Position numbers and translations under genes: made by a program. From assembly GCF_001447785.1 (NCBI RefSeq), contig NW_015164680.1, positions 731,980 to 795,979 of the forward strand: a DNA stretch of 64,000 nt. The letters run 5' to 3'. The DNA comes from Gekko japonicus (Eukaryota). This document shows, one piece after another, positions 36,001 through 51,000 of this stretch (positions are counted from its first letter, which is position 1; each line of letters opens with the position of its first letter). A model generated the notes under the pieces. That model did not search any database, was not told where the DNA came from, and saw nothing but the letters and a program-made list of their open reading frames with translations.

Positions 36001-39000
36001 GGCTTCTCATGTTGATCTGTGTCTGTGTTTCCATAACACTGAAATCCTGGGAGGCTTGGGTCTGAAGTCTGTCTCCTCCACAGCCCCTTCACCTGCTTGT
36101 CTTAGCAATGTCAACATTTTTTCTGTAGTTCCGTGGTGGTGAGAGCCACGTCTCTAACCTCAGCATTTCACTAGAGGGAGCTGTTTAAGTTTCAAGCACC
36201 CTACTGAGCTCTGTGATCTCACTCGGAGGAGGAGGTCAGTGTTGATTAACGGGTGCTCTCCTCCCTACGGATATGAAGGCAGCTTCCTATCTCTGTCCCT
36301 TTCCTGATATAATCCAGGCCCTTGTTTCAGACACCTTCGAGCTGCATAAGCAAAGAGCACTGATTAGCTGGTGGCTCATAGCATGTGTCCCCTTGCTTGA
36401 GGCAAATGGTGATCTGAGTACCTAACCACCGATGTCGCCTAAACTGAGCCAGTTGTTTCCATAGGTCTTGATCCCGGTGAATGTTATCTGTATTTTTGAC
36501 AAAGTGTGCATGGCAAAGAGGTTTCTCATTGATTCTAGTACAGTAAAAGCTTCGTTACAGTAAAAGCTTCATTATCCAGAACACTCAGCTAACCAGCATT
36601 GCCCAGAGGACATGCTCTTCCTCTTCAGCCACTGTACCACTGCATCTTTGAGGGCCTGCCTGCTCCACACCAATTTCTCCTGCTCGCCAGCTTGACGTCT
36701 CTTGCCGTTGCTGAACTTCTGACAGCAGAGGTTATGAGCTGGCCTAATCATGGGGTGCCTCCTCGTCCCTAGCCTTGCCTTGTGTTGTCAGGAGCTAGGT
36801 TTGCAGGAGGCTCTTGGGCAGCTTGTCTGCCTGCTGCGTAGAATCTCTCTGTGGCTTTGGGGGAACAGGAAGGGTCCCACCAGGCATGGGGGCTGTTGCA
36901 ATGGCATTTCCAGTGAGATGGGGTTTAGTTGATTTGGATTCCTCTCAGTAAGGGGTAGGGCAGAGTTTGGGTATCCGGCACTCTTGATTAATTGGCAACC
37001 CTCTTGGCTTATTTGTTTGCGTTACCCATAATGGAATCCTTCAAATGCCGTATAGCACTTCCATGTCTCTGCTTGACCTATCTTTGAATTGCTTTGTCTT
37101 TCAGGTATTTCATGCATGGTGTTTGCAAGGAAGGAGACAACTGCCGTTACTCCCATGACCTCTACACTAGTCAGTCCGCTATGGTGTGCAGGTATTTTCA
37201 GCGAGGATGCTGTGCTTATGGAGATCGTTGCAGGTACAGAAATGCTACTGAGTGTTTAGCTCTGAGAAAGGAGTTAATTTCCCATATTTGTGACCAATCA
37301 CAGCGCCACCACTTCCGTTCCGGAGGAGTAAACCGTGGAGTCCTGCTGCAAGTGAGATGTGATAATAGGGGCCCTGTCCTTAGACCATTTTCCCTTAGAG
37401 GAATGTACACCGTTGCTTGATTAAGAGTAACTGTGTTCATGATGTGCTGTCTCAGTCCTTCTTGCACCACAGTAGCCTTGACACCTGCTAAAAGCTATTG
37501 TGGAGCTTGGGAAGAGGTTGCTAACACTAGGCATATGTCACTGAATATCTGGTTTTCAGAGATAAGGTATAAAACTGTGAACGAAACTGTAAAGTTTTTT
37601 GCAGCCGAACAGTGCTGGGTAAAATTAATATTAGCCCGTCCTGTAATTATTTAGACTTGCATGTATAGCCATGAAAACTAGAAACCTTGCTGTGTGCCAC
37701 TCTGAAAAACTTTCTGCTTTAGGACAAAGAAAGGAAACTAAAATTATTGTGAAAGCATAATTAAAACTTGAAAGGTCTAGTTTATGAAAGATGACTTCCC
37801 TGGGGGTCCAAGAGAAGAGGCAGTCTTCCTCAAGGTGCTTTTTCTGGCATCATGATAAATGCTAGCCTACTCGACGTGGCCTCATCTCGCCACACCTTTG
37901 TATGCCCAGTACACTAGCACCCTCAAACTCACAAATGGAACTGATGGGTGGGGGAAAGGGGAATAGTTTCTCTGAAATATGCACTGTTACAAATGCAGTC
38001 CTTGCAAACCCAGCTGAGACCGTATCAATCCAGCATCACCGTAAAACAGAACTAATAAAAGTCCTTCCACCTTCCATGAGTCAGAGCTCACCACTGGACT
38101 CCTGCTTTATTTTACTGGTACAGATTAAGATACCTACTCATCTGGGATTGTTATTCCAATATGGAAGCCATGTAGATTCCCCTGTTTATATCCCTTGAAG
38201 TACAGAATAAATGTTTTCAGTGCTTTGTATTGCCTGGTTAAGTGGAGAAGAGCAACACACTTAGTTGCTTCATAGTTGTGGAGCCCCTAAAATGCGTTGG
38301 CTTTAACTAGATAAGCTAAAACTGCTCTTTTATTCTTGAATAAGAAAAAAAAAAGGGTAATACTTAACAAGTGATTCTGCGCTAGGGAATGGTCCTTATA
38401 AAGAGATGCGAACAATAGTGTTTAAGCTCCTGCAGGAATTTGTATATAGAACATGGTTGTGGACAAAAAACAACTTGTAGGTGTGCTAGTCCGCCAATGT
38501 ATCCACTGTCTCTGGGACTTGTCCTGAAAATGAACCTGTATAATGTCTTATAGGAATTTTAAATTCCTCAGTACAAAGAGAATAGGTATGAACAGAAATC
38601 CTGTTGCCACAATACACTGCAGTAACCTGCATAAAGCAGTGTTGATGTATGTGTGCGATAACTTGCACAATGCAGTGGTGATGTATACACGCAATAACTT
38701 GCACAGTGCAGTGGTGATGTATGCATAATATGCCATGTTCTAAAGTTACTGGGGAAAACAGTCTCATCACAAACCACTTTGCTACCAGCACTAGCTATCT
38801 GCCCTGTTCTGCGTGATGGTCAGTATGGCTTAAAAGCCTCCACAGTATAAACTAAAAGGACTTGACTCCAGTACCAATTTTCTTTCTGGACTAATGTGGC
38901 CACCACTGTGTATTCCAGGTGGGTACCCATGTTAGTCTATTGCAGCAAAATTAAACAGAAGTCCAGTGGAACTTTAAGACTAACAAAAATATTCCTGTTT

Positions 39001-42000
39001 AAAGATTATGTTTGAATTAATTTTGTTGCTATTCAGGGTACCACTCTACTCCTGTTTAATTTTGTTTTTGCCAGCTTGAGCTGAATGTCTCTCATTGGGT
39101 GGATGTGTTTCAGTGAGTCATCTGAGAGTCCATGTAGGTGGAATGTTGGGCTTAGATCAGGGAGATCAAGGATCAAAGCCCTACTTGCTCATGATGCTGA
39201 CTGGGTGGCATTGGGCAAGTCACTGTGTCTCAGACTAACCTACTGTACAAGTGTGTTGTACAGAGAAAATGCAATAAACCCATGTTACCGCACCCCGCCC
39301 ATGTCCTTCGGGGTAGAACAGGCTGCATCCATAGAAAAATAAATACAATACTCGACAGGCAAGTTTGAATTATAGATATCAGTATGTTGTGTAAAATAAA
39401 GGGGGTTAAGCATGGAGAGAAGGAAGGGAATTAGTGGTCTGTTGAGCTGTGTAGATTCTCTGCCCCCAGGCCAGTCCAGGGATGGGGGAAAGAATTCTAC
39501 ACTGGCACCATATATTACTCAATCACCCAGAGAGATAACAGAAGAGAGAGAGTTCCTCTCACTGGGAATGACTAGATATAGGGCAATCCCAGTCCCCCAA
39601 CTAGCCCTGGCCAGGGGCCAATTGGAGTAGACACGGGAGTGTCCAATTGTTGGGTTGCCACGGGGACAACATCTGAATGATCAGTATTCTTGAAGGCCAC
39701 ACCTGCAGTCATGTGGTCCCCAAATTCCCACCACCCCATGGCGTACGTGTTCGCTAGGGCCATCTGGTCTTCTGCCAGCATGGAAGTGTGAAGAATGGAG
39801 GGTTATATGGCAGGGCTATCGAGGCCATATGGCTTCAATAGGAAATCAACCCAGCAGGGGATCGCAAGATACATTCCAAGGGGGAAGGCAGGGATCTATA
39901 GGAAGGCAGGGGTCTATAGGAATTAATATTTCTATACACGAGCCAACTTCAGAGGACGGCGGAAGACAGGAGGGTCTGGCGGGAGCTGGTCCATGGGGTC
40001 GCAAAGAGTCGGACTCAACTGTGCGACTGAACAACAACAATAACAAAAATTCTTTAAGGGGGTGTTCAGGATATGATGATGGTACAAGAGGGACAAAATA
40101 CATGTTAGGACAGATAGCCATGCATTTGCCAGGTAAATGTTGTAGACTCTGTAACCTAGCAAAAGTTTGCCCTGCTCAAATAAGCTCAGTCTTCCAGGAT
40201 GCTTAAGAATATTACTTGGTTCCCCCACCCCCTTTTTCATCCACTGTGGGTGCGGTCAGACAGCGTGCTGAGAGTGGGTTAAACTGCTCCAGTTCTGACT
40301 GGATTGTATTTGATCTGGATAATCGCAATCACACTTACCTCCCTTATCCCGCCTCACCGCACAGTCACGTCGCTCCCCAGTGTCTACACTACCGACATGC
40401 GGGAGCGTGTGTCGGCGAGTTTTTAAATTTTTTTCTCATTTTGCGCATGCGCATAGGCGCTTATCCATAGAATGGGGGGGCAAAACTACCATAGCGCATG
40501 CGCAGAACCACCAGGGCAAATCAAACCCTCCAACAAAAGACTTCCTTTTAAATGTTTGACCCAAAAGTGGCCTCTGTGAGATCCCGAACTCATTTAAACT
40601 CTAAAACAAGTGACCATTTAAATGTTGGTTTTCTAAACACGGTAGCGGAGCTCCGCCTATGTGCGCACTGCCGACACTTAAAAAAAAAAGGCGGGCGAAA
40701 AGCGGAAGCCTCGGGTAGCTTTCAAGCGGGGAGGGGGTTTAAACTGGAAGTGGCTTGACACCAGAGGAGCGATCACACAGGGGGGAAATGCGACTTTAAA
40801 CGGGAGAGCTGAGAAAACACCACTTTGGGACCTGGTAACAAAATACTCCGAGTTAAAGCGGTTTTGAGCCGGAAACCAACGGCTGGGGACGGGAGGCAGA
40901 TGTTGACTGTGTGATCGTGCATATAAAATCCGTTGCTGAACTGTCACGGCACCAGATCAAACGGCGCGTCTGAACACACCTTGTAAGTAATAGACAAAAA
41001 ATACAGTGTATCTAGTGGACCTTTATAACTGAACTTTCGCGCACTCGGCACAACATAATACATTTCTTTGTTTTGCAGTGATTAGAAGAAATAAAATTCC
41101 ACTTTGCTCCCCTTCAGATATGAACATACCAAGCCATTGAAAAGGGAAGAAGTGACTACTGTGAGTCCAACTGCAAAAACGTACCCTTCAGCTTCCATAG
41201 ATGTGACCCCACCCCCTGGAACACTTGAAGCGAGCACTGGTGAGGCCGAAGTTGAAGACAAAGACCTGGTAGCGGCAGGAGCCGGCGTGGAAGACTGGGT
41301 GAACGCTGTGGAGTTTGTTCCTGGGCAGCCGTACTGTGGCCGTGGTAAGTTGCCCAGCTGTGATAGAGAAGAATGTCAGGTGCCGGCAACTGGCAGTTCA
41401 CAGGCTGAGGACGGTTGGGTGCATGTCTTCTGGGAAAGAGCTTGTCAGTTCAGAAACTTGATTCAGTTTTCTGGCGTGTTGGCGATTCATCTGGTGACCC
41501 GCAAAGGCAATCCCCCAGCCATGTAATGAAGGCCCATCAGGTGCTTGCGGTCTCTCCTGTTTTGTAGTCACAAAACAGGCACCAAAAATGAAGGGTTTTT
41601 TAATTTTAAAAATTTGGCTGTATAAATAGTAACAAATATGTATATACACTCACAAGAACATAAGAAGAACCCTGGATGAGACCAATACTCCACCTAGTCT
41701 CACTGTCTCACACAGTGGCCAACCTGTTCCTCTGGATGGCCAACAACAGGGCATAGAGGCCTTTCCCTGATGTTGCCTTCTGGCTCTAGGTATAGGCCTC
41801 TATTGAATTATGCTGTTGGCACTGGTGCCTTGCTGAAAATATTCAGTGCATCAAGCTGGAGAGAGATCTAGAAACAGCTGGCAGGAGAAATGGACACTTG
41901 ATTGAAGCCTGATCCTATGCATGTTTACTCAGAAGCAAGACCTGTTTTGTTCAGTGGCTGATCTGCATATCATTGTGTGGAAGTTATTCTCTTTGCCTTT

Positions 42001-45000
42001 TATGCACATGGTTCAGGAGGGAGAAGGAGCAGGTGCTTCCTCTGTGTGCTTGCCTGGCCATCCCTCCGGTCCTTTGCAGCATCTTTGCAAGGGAGGGGTG
42101 TGTGCGTTTGACCGGGCAGCACCTTATCTCAGACTGACTGCTGCTGCTGCAAACATGAACGGGATGCCTGATGGCCTAATATTAATATTGAAGGAAGCCA
42201 TAGTGACAGGTTATCTTCCTCCTCTCTTTCTGAGAGAGAAGTGAAGGTAAGTACTGCTGTTTGCATTCCTCCACATAATTACTTGAGAATAAATTCAGTT
42301 GAACTTATTGGGGCTTAAATCAAGTAAACATGCATATGATTGGGCTGATGAAAGGTGTTTGGCAGTCTCCAGTCAAAACACTGGCTGCAGGAATCTATTC
42401 TATTCTGTAATAAATGGGATCCGTCTCTGCAATAGGTCAGCATAACCTACAGTTCCATCCAGAAGATGGAGCAACTTCATTAGTTTATCTGTCTCTGCTA
42501 TGATAGTATTTCCTTAAAGATTCTGTAACTGACACAGGGCTAGCAGTTGTGCAGTGTACCATTACAGTAATCTTTGCAGCAGCTAGCAAGTTTTCAGTAA
42601 GGGCTTTTATACTGCATTCTAAAGCTCTTCAAAGAGCAACAACAAAATAACAGTTTTGGGAAAAGATCTAGTTTTAACTTTTATCTGGTTATAAATGTCA
42701 TTCTGGATTGAATCTTTTCCCAAAGGGTATTAGTTTTACCATATGAGATTTACAGCTTTCAAATGGGGAAATATCAATAAAGCTTAGTAATTTTTGCATT
42801 GGGTACCATTTGTGTTAAGGTCTCACATTGTGCCCTCTCTAATTCAGTGCTAAAGTAAATGCTCTCATAGATTTAAATATATATTCCCAGTCTTCCTCTA
42901 TAATTAAGTGTAACATTCTTATCATCCATCTCCTTTTGAGTGTGCCTTCTTTTAAAGGGGTGTATAAGTTTATTCTACGTAGTTTTACCAGTAATCCCTT
43001 ACTACCTATTTTTCTGTCGTCATTGGTTCTCTGTGCTGAGATCTGTCTTGGGTCCATCTGGATTCCATTAGGCTGATCTAGAGCAATAGGTCTGTGTGTT
43101 TAGGAAGGAGTGGCTGAAATGCCTAGAATAAACTTCACAAGATGATCCTCTAACATCATTAAAAACACACTTATGAAGATCTCGCCGATTCAAGGGTCGT
43201 CTTACCTGTATGAAGGTCATCAACGTTTATTCATTTATTTCACTGATGTCCTGCCTTTCTCCCCAATGGGGACCCAAAGCAGTTTTCATTGGTCTGTTCT
43301 CTTGTTTATCCTCAGAACAACCCTGTGAGGTAGGCTGAGAGTGAGTGGCCCAAGGTTTCCTAGCAAGCTTCCATAGCAGAGTGGAGATCCTCCCAGATCC
43401 TAATACAATGTATCACTATCACACTGTGCTTATCCGTGGGAGAACTCCAAATGGCAGGGATAACATTTAATTTTTTTTTACCCTGTACCAGTGTGGCATC
43501 ATCACATCAGTGTGGCTGTGCACAGGTGCTGTTTATACATAGAAGTAAGAGCCTTCTAAGTGGGGCATCTTCTTGTATGGAATGCTGAGGGTGCATGGAT
43601 GGATAGATGGATGGATGCTTTTTGGTGTTTTCCACATGGGTCCTTAATGTTTAAATCGTCTTTTACTAAAACAGATTTGAAGTAAACATTTTCTATGTGT
43701 TCATCGTGAAATAATTCCCGGATGGCGGTGGTTTTATCCAGCAAGGGGTAGGGGGAGATTACGAAGGGCTTTATTCCTTTGCAGCTATTTTTGCTGGATA
43801 AATCTGTCTGCACAGATCATTACATTGCTGGGAAATGCCATTCAAGAATTAACAGGTTCTGCATCTTCATTTTGCCTTTCCCAGCTGCTCCGTCCTGCAC
43901 TGAAGCCCCCTTGCAGGGAATGGTAATTGAAGAAGAATATGAGAAGCAGCAAGCGAACCTGGAGATGAAGAAACAGCTGTGTCCTTACGCTGCAGTAGGA
44001 GAATGCCGTTATGGAGAAAACTGCGTGTATCTCCATGGCGACGTCTGTGACATGTGCGGCTTGCAGGTCCTCCATCCCGCTGATGCCGCCCAGCGCTCTT
44101 TGCACATAAAGGTAAGGCAGGTGGGATAAGCACCGTGTCTCTTGTTGGGCTGGTCAGTTGTTCAGAAGCTTTTGCAAGCTTTGCAGACTTCATGGGGTTT
44201 TGAAATAGCACCTGCTGCAGCAGTTAAACTATTGGTCCAAGCGTACCGCTCTAAAGACCTTGTTCAGAGCACTTGGGCAGGTAGCTGGGCTTAGCCCAGA
44301 GAAACAGCTTGTTGGCACACTGTTCAGAAACCGTACGTAATGCAGAAATCAGGTAGAACCTACTATGACTTGAGATTTGGCTTCCTTTTATCTTATTCAT
44401 TCATTCAATTTATACCGTGCCCTCCCCACTGAAGCAGGCTCAGGGTGGCTTACATAAAATACATACATAAAATCAATTAAAATTATTCATAAAACATCAT
44501 AACAAATTAAATATTAGTTATCCTAAAGTGCCGGAACAGTATTCAAGTTCCCGTGTAGAGAGACCCATCAACAGCCTGGCTGCAGCCTTATGCACTAGCT
44601 GCAGCTTCCAGATTTGGGACAAGGGCAGCCCCATGTAGAGAGCATTACAGTAGTCCAGTCTCGAGGTGACCATCACAAGGATCACTGTTGCCAAGTCATT
44701 ATGTTCAAGGAAGGAAACCAACTGCCTAATCAGCCGAAGATGATAAAAGGCTGACTTGGCAGTGGCTGCTACCTGGGCCTCCATTGTTAAAGAGGCATCC
44801 AAGAGCACTCCCAAGCTCCTAACCTCTAGTGCTGGCTCCGACTATGCCCCATCGAAGGTCAGGAGTGGGATCCCTTCCCTCGGGCAGCCCTGGCTCAGGC
44901 ACAGGACCTCTGCCTTCATTGAATTCAGTTTCAGTTGACTCAGACTAAGCCAACCAGACACAGCTTGTGTTGCCCAGTCCAGATCTTCCAGTGTAGAGTC

Positions 45001-48000
45001 AGACTGGCCACCCAACAACAGATAGAGCTGGGTGTCATCTGCATATTGGTGGCATCCCAGCCCATGCCTCTGGGCAACCTGCCCATATTGATGTTGAACA
45101 GCATTGGGGAAAGCACTGCCCCTTGAGGCACTCCACAGGACTGGCTCAAGGCGGCTAACAATATTTAAAACACTAGAACAGTGCTCCCTCTAAGCTGTGG
45201 AGTCTTGTGAGCAAACATTCTACCCTGTGAGCTACTGTCATTAAAGGTGTGAGCGAGCGATTTGGCTGCTGCATAAGTTAATTTGCTCTGGAGCCATCCT
45301 TCCTGAGCTAAGACAAAAATGTGTGAGCCAGAGGATAAAAAACTGTGAGCTAGCTCACACTAACTCATCTTAGAGGGAACACTGCACTAGAACAATAAAT
45401 ACATTAATAAATTATGACTACATAAACGTCCTTTGGGACAGCTGTTCCCCTAGTGCCACCCTTTGTCCCTGACCCTGAAGAAAGGATGCAAGCCATTGCA
45501 AGGCAAGCCCCTGAATTCCAAAGTTGGCGGGGCGGTGGATCAGTAGCTAATGGCCTACTGTGTCGAATGCTACCAACAGGTCCAACAACAGCAGCACTGC
45601 TGATCCAGGTGCCTCCGGAGGTCGTCCGTGAGGGCAACCAGTGCTGTCTCCGTCCCGTGTCTTCCCTTTATCTTTCTTTATCTTCCTTTTCTGTTTCATT
45701 AAACCTCCTCAAGGAAACACCTGTTCCTTAGAACTACCAGGCAGCAGGATAAAGAACCTGCTTTGCCTTTCTTATCCTTCAGCCGAGATGGATATCAAAC
45801 CAGAGAACCATGTTGCGGTGGGGGAGAGGAGGAGATGCTTAACTCTGTTGTATGCCCTGAAGTTCTTCTGGTTAGGAACGGGGTAGGTGGGTGGGGAGAC
45901 TAGGAAACAGAAAACCAACTGGTGCTTTGTGCAGAGCTGAAGGTCAGTGTAGGATTGGATGCACTCTCCTCTCCTTCCACATCAGCATCATGCTGGTCCT
46001 GGCTCTGCCAGCAGACGCACTGGGTGACTTTTCTGTAGAGCATGGGGGAGTCTTTTCTGTAAAGCATGACCTTGTGCTGTGAAAACAGTAGAGGTATCTC
46101 TACTTGATTGATACTTCATAGCCTGCCTAAGGCTGAGAACAGAGCAAGGGATTTTTTTAAAAAGTAACATTTGCTACCAAATGTGAATTTAAATAGTAAG
46201 GAATTTAGTTGGAACATGAAAAGGAGGGCAGGTAGGGTTGCATCAGTGCTTATTTCTTTTTTGTTGTTGTTAAACTCTCTTAAAAAAGAGAGAATTTTAT
46301 TGCTTTTAATTTGAGAAAGAGGGAGGGTATATAGCTGGAGTAAGAAAAGGGCGAGTGGTATTAGTATTAGTATGTTTATCTTTTGTTAGTAATAATCCAG
46401 TCTTCTTTTCACTGGGGCTGGTGGAAGGGGGGGGTTTACTGCATTGGGCAGGGGGTTGGACTTCCAACACTGTGATTCTATGACTGAGCCATACTACTTA
46501 AATTCAAATTTGATAGCAAATTAGTACGTTTTGGAAATGCATGCCCCCGCTGTAGCACTGGGGTTTGAATAGCAGGCATCTTTTAAGGGGGCAGTTCTTG
46601 TTATTTTTGGTTTTAGCTGGGGATATTTTAACTATTATTGTAAACTGCCTTGAACCAAAAGGAAAGACAGGATATGAATGTTTTAATAAATAAATGGTTT
46701 AATAAATAATATAAAATAAATAGCAAGGTAGCAACTACATGACATGACCTGTCATTGAAAAAACAAATATGCACATGTGCTTCACCAGCATGATTCTGGC
46801 TCCAGATTTTGGTGTTGGAGAAAAGGAGTCAAAAAGGGGCAGAAGGAAGTGATTCCTTTATTATACTCATGAATGGGCAACTGACTTTCTGTTTTTGTAA
46901 TAAATAGAGAGGTGAATTTATGAGAGGATAATTCCAGAGGAACAGCTGTGTTAGTCTGATGTACCAAAAAGGAACAGGAGTCCTGTGTTCCCTCTAAGAT
47001 GAGTTAGTGTGAGCTAGCTTACAGTTTTTTAGCTTCCAGCTCACACACTTTTGTCTTAGCTCAGGAAGGATGGCTCCAGAGCAAACTAATTTATGCAGTA
47101 GCCAAATTGCTCGCTCAGAGCTTTAATGCCAGTAAGCTCACAAAGTAGACTTTTTGCTCACAAGACTCCACAGCTTAGAGGGACCATTGCCTCTGACACC
47201 TTAAAGACTGACGATTTTATTCCAGCATAAGCTGTTGTGGACTAGAGGCCACTTCCTCAGATGTATCTCAAGAAACAGGCTAATGCCAGAGTAAAATATT
47301 AGTTTTTAAAGGGCCTCAGAACTCCTGTTTTTGTTAGAAGGTTGAGGTGAACAGGTGAGTTGGAAATATCTAGTAAAGTAGCCTGGAACAAATCAGTTTG
47401 GAAGAAACACTGGTGTGTGTGTGTAGGGGTTGTTCAGGGCAGGATAGAAAACAGAACGTGAAAAGGCCTCTGGCTGGTGTTTGGAAAAGTTGCGGAAGGT
47501 ACCTGGAATAAGAACACCTTGTCTCTTGCTGTGTTGGAGCTTGGCGGTAGATGCCAGAGCAATCATGCCGCCTCTCAGCTTATGAAGAGCCATGTGCATG
47601 TATAAAAAGCCGTCCTCCCCTTCAAAGTATATGCAAACTGAGGGTGAAACCGTTCCTAGTCTCTATTTTCCGTGTATGCTAAAGAGAAACACAGCTAGCT
47701 GTGTGTACAGGAAGATAAGATGCAAGTGCATCTTGTCTTCGTGCATATGAAATTCAAGCGAGAAACTTCTGCAGGCCACACTCGATTGGAAGCAGGGAAG
47801 TGTTTATACATTTTCAAGGATGGGAGGCCTTGGGAACCCCTGAGTAAGAGAAGCATTGGAATATGAGAGGGGAGAGAAAGCTAGCACTTGGTGCCAAATT
47901 TCTGCCTGTACAGAATTAGGACAAAAGCAAACAAAGGTTGCTGATGATACTGGGTTTCAGTTGGCATCTCCCTAGCTTGCCTCCCTTGCAGTAGTGTATG

Positions 48001-51000
48001 TTGGTCAGAAGGCTTCTGTGCGGCATAGCTGCTCTGAGCTGCTTTAAGCAAAGGCCCTCCTCCCTTACAAAGGTGCTCTTTATATTTGTTGTCTGTAAGG
48101 AAAGAAACCTGTTCTTATGTACAATGTGTTAGGGTTTTTTATCGCTCTGTGTAGGGAGCTGGTTATTTTGAATTCATCTTAATTTCCAGAGAGGGAATGT
48201 TCAAGTAGTTCTCTGACTACTGTTTCTATTTTTGAGAACTCCTAGTTCCGTTGTGTTTCTATTTATTCAACTAATGGGCCACATTTCTACAGAGAGGTTC
48301 AAGGCAATTTGCAACAATAAAAAACACCAATGAGTTAAAATCAACAAAGCAGAAAACCAGCAAAACATAAAAGAGTAAAAATATGCAGCTGCAGTTAAAA
48401 CGACGACAACGCCCGGCATAAACCCTGAAAAAAACCTGCAAGTGGTGAACTAACAATTCGGCCTATCCAAGAGGAGGAAATGCCTTACGAACTCTTAGAG
48501 TGGCAGAAAAGGGTGAGGCCATGGGGGTCTGTGGAAGAGGCTGATGTCGGCCTCCAAGTTGAAGTTTGTTCTTGGGGGGGAGTTGAGCGTCTTATCTTCT
48601 TTCTATGTCTCTCTTTCTCTCCCGGTGCAGTCTTGTATTGAAGCTCACGAGAAGGACATGGAGCTCTCATTTGCCGTCCAACGTAGCAAAGACATGGTGT
48701 GCGGGATCTGCATGGAGGTGGTGTATGAAAAAGCCAACCCCAGCGAGCGTCGCTTTGGGATCCTCTCCAACTGCAATCACACTTACTGTCTGAAGTGCAT
48801 CCGCAAGTGGAGGAGCGCTAAACAATTTGAAAGCAAGATTATAAAGTGAGGCACTTCTCCATGTCCGTTGTGCTTTGTTTCTTGGGAAGGAGTTAGTATG
48901 TTGTGTGAGCACGCAACATCGCCCCTCTTTCATCCCAAGACTGCATTTTAATACATAGTAATGTTGTCATTCAGAATTGAGGGGGAGTTTTTTAAAATAT
49001 GCATTCTGGCCTTGGTACTCTCTGTTGGGCAGCAGGATCCACTTAGTTTGAATGTTAAGTCTTTTTTTTTGTTAAATGGTAGCAACATACTGTCCTGTTG
49101 GTTTACTACTCAGAATCATTTGGGTTCACATGGAGGACAGAACAATTCCAATTGTGTATTTCTTAAGCCTTCACTCTTCTAGTTCGTAATTGAGCCAGTG
49201 ACCCATCCCTCTTTTAAATCTGCTTGGAGGAAAAAGAAAACCCAAACCAATATGGACATCCAAGAAAGCAAAGTTACAAAAAAATAAATTTATTTATATC
49301 TAAAGAAAAATGAGTCTGTGTGAAATGTTTTTTTCCCCCTCCCCTATACTCTTCAGGAACGGGAAAGCTACAGAATTGAGAACCTGAGAAACTGGTGGGG
49401 GATTGGGGGAAGGGGGAAAGCTTAGATGATAGAAAGGAAGGGGGGGGAAACCACAGTACAAAGATCTGAGGTCCGATAGACTGCTTTGAATGGTGGGCAT
49501 ATGTCCTGGTGTGTCTGTTACTGGAAATAGTGCCCCTGGTCATGTGGAATTTTGCAGTGCAGTCTGTTCGTTCCCCAGGTCCTGCCCAGAATGTCGGATC
49601 ACATCTAACTTTGTCATTCCAAGTGAGTACTGGATGGAGGAGAAGGAAGAGAAGCAGAAACTTATTCAGAAATACAAGGAAGCAATGAGGTATGAGCCCT
49701 GCAGCCTTGGACCAAGTTTGACTGCAGACGTTAAGGGCATACATGGACCGCAAAGCAAGGTGTTGCCTAAAGCCCTGTCATACCTCCTTCCTACCTTCCT
49801 CCTGTGTGTGTGAAATGCATTTTTACCTAAGTACCGGGAGATGCATGCAGGTCGCGCAACTCTCTCCTTTGTGCCAAACAGCCTCGTGTGCTATTCCCTT
49901 GTCTCACCGCAAAAGCTAGCTTTAAAAGTACAGGCTAGTGCAGATCTGTCCTCTGCATGTACCTACCCGTGTGCGGACACTTCTTGACGTATGCACATCC
50001 ACACAGTCCATTGTGCATCTGTGAGCTGATTTAAAATGGCTTCATCAGCAAGTGATATACCTCGTTTTCTAACAAAGAAAAAAAAAACCCATCTGGATTG
50101 TAAAGCAAATGCAGTGCTGAATTTTGGTTGGCTATGCCGTGAGTAAGGGTTGCGATATTTTCCTTTCCAGCAACAAGCCATGCAGGTATTTTGATGAAGG
50201 CCGTGGGAGCTGCCCATTTGGAGGGAACTGTTTTTACAAACACGCATATCCCGATGGCCGCCGAGAAGAACCCCAGAGACAGAAGGTGGGAACTTCGAGT
50301 AGATACAGAGTAAGTCCCACAGCTTTTGATTCCTTTTTTAAGAAGGTAGAATGTGCATGTATTAAGCTAGGCTCTTGACCGTGGGCAGCTAAAATTAGGG
50401 CTGTGCCTTATTTTATGCGCTCCATTTGGGGGGACAAATGGGGTGGGTTTGAATAGGTAAAAGGGGGACTGCCTTGCTTACCTTTTCTGTGTGCTGTTTG
50501 TGCACAGTTGGTTGCAGCTGCTTCTTTTCCCAATCTGTATCTTCTGCATCGTTCTTTTTAGATAGGGGCTTCTTCTTTCGGTGATCCCAGCCAATCGGGT
50601 TACATGAATGGCATCACATAGCCAAGTAGCCAATCATCTTGGATTGCAGGATGTTCTAAAATCAAATCAGAGTGAGGGCAATCCTTCCTGCCCTGGCTCT
50701 GAATGTACAATTATTTTGTCCTGTTTACCCCCCTCCCTCTCTGGCTGCCTCCAGTCAGTGAAATGGGTGGAAGAACTTTTGTGCGTGAAATGTTTTCCTA
50801 TTCCCTATGCCTCTCCGTTCATGCCTTATCGAAATAGTCTGTGGATTTCATTTTCCCAGTGAGCAGCTTATAAAATGGTGGAGGGCAAATGGCACAAAGG
50901 AAATGGCATAAATTCCCTTCTCAACCATAGGAGGAAAAGAACATATTGCTAACTTTGTGCTGTCTTCAAGATGGGTAGGTGTGTTAGTCTGTAGCCATAG

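Noticed and set aside
38623-38725. CRISPR-like 36-bp periodicity
   Set aside because: Contiguous tandem units without unique spacers in a vertebrate intron; an ordinary minisatellite.
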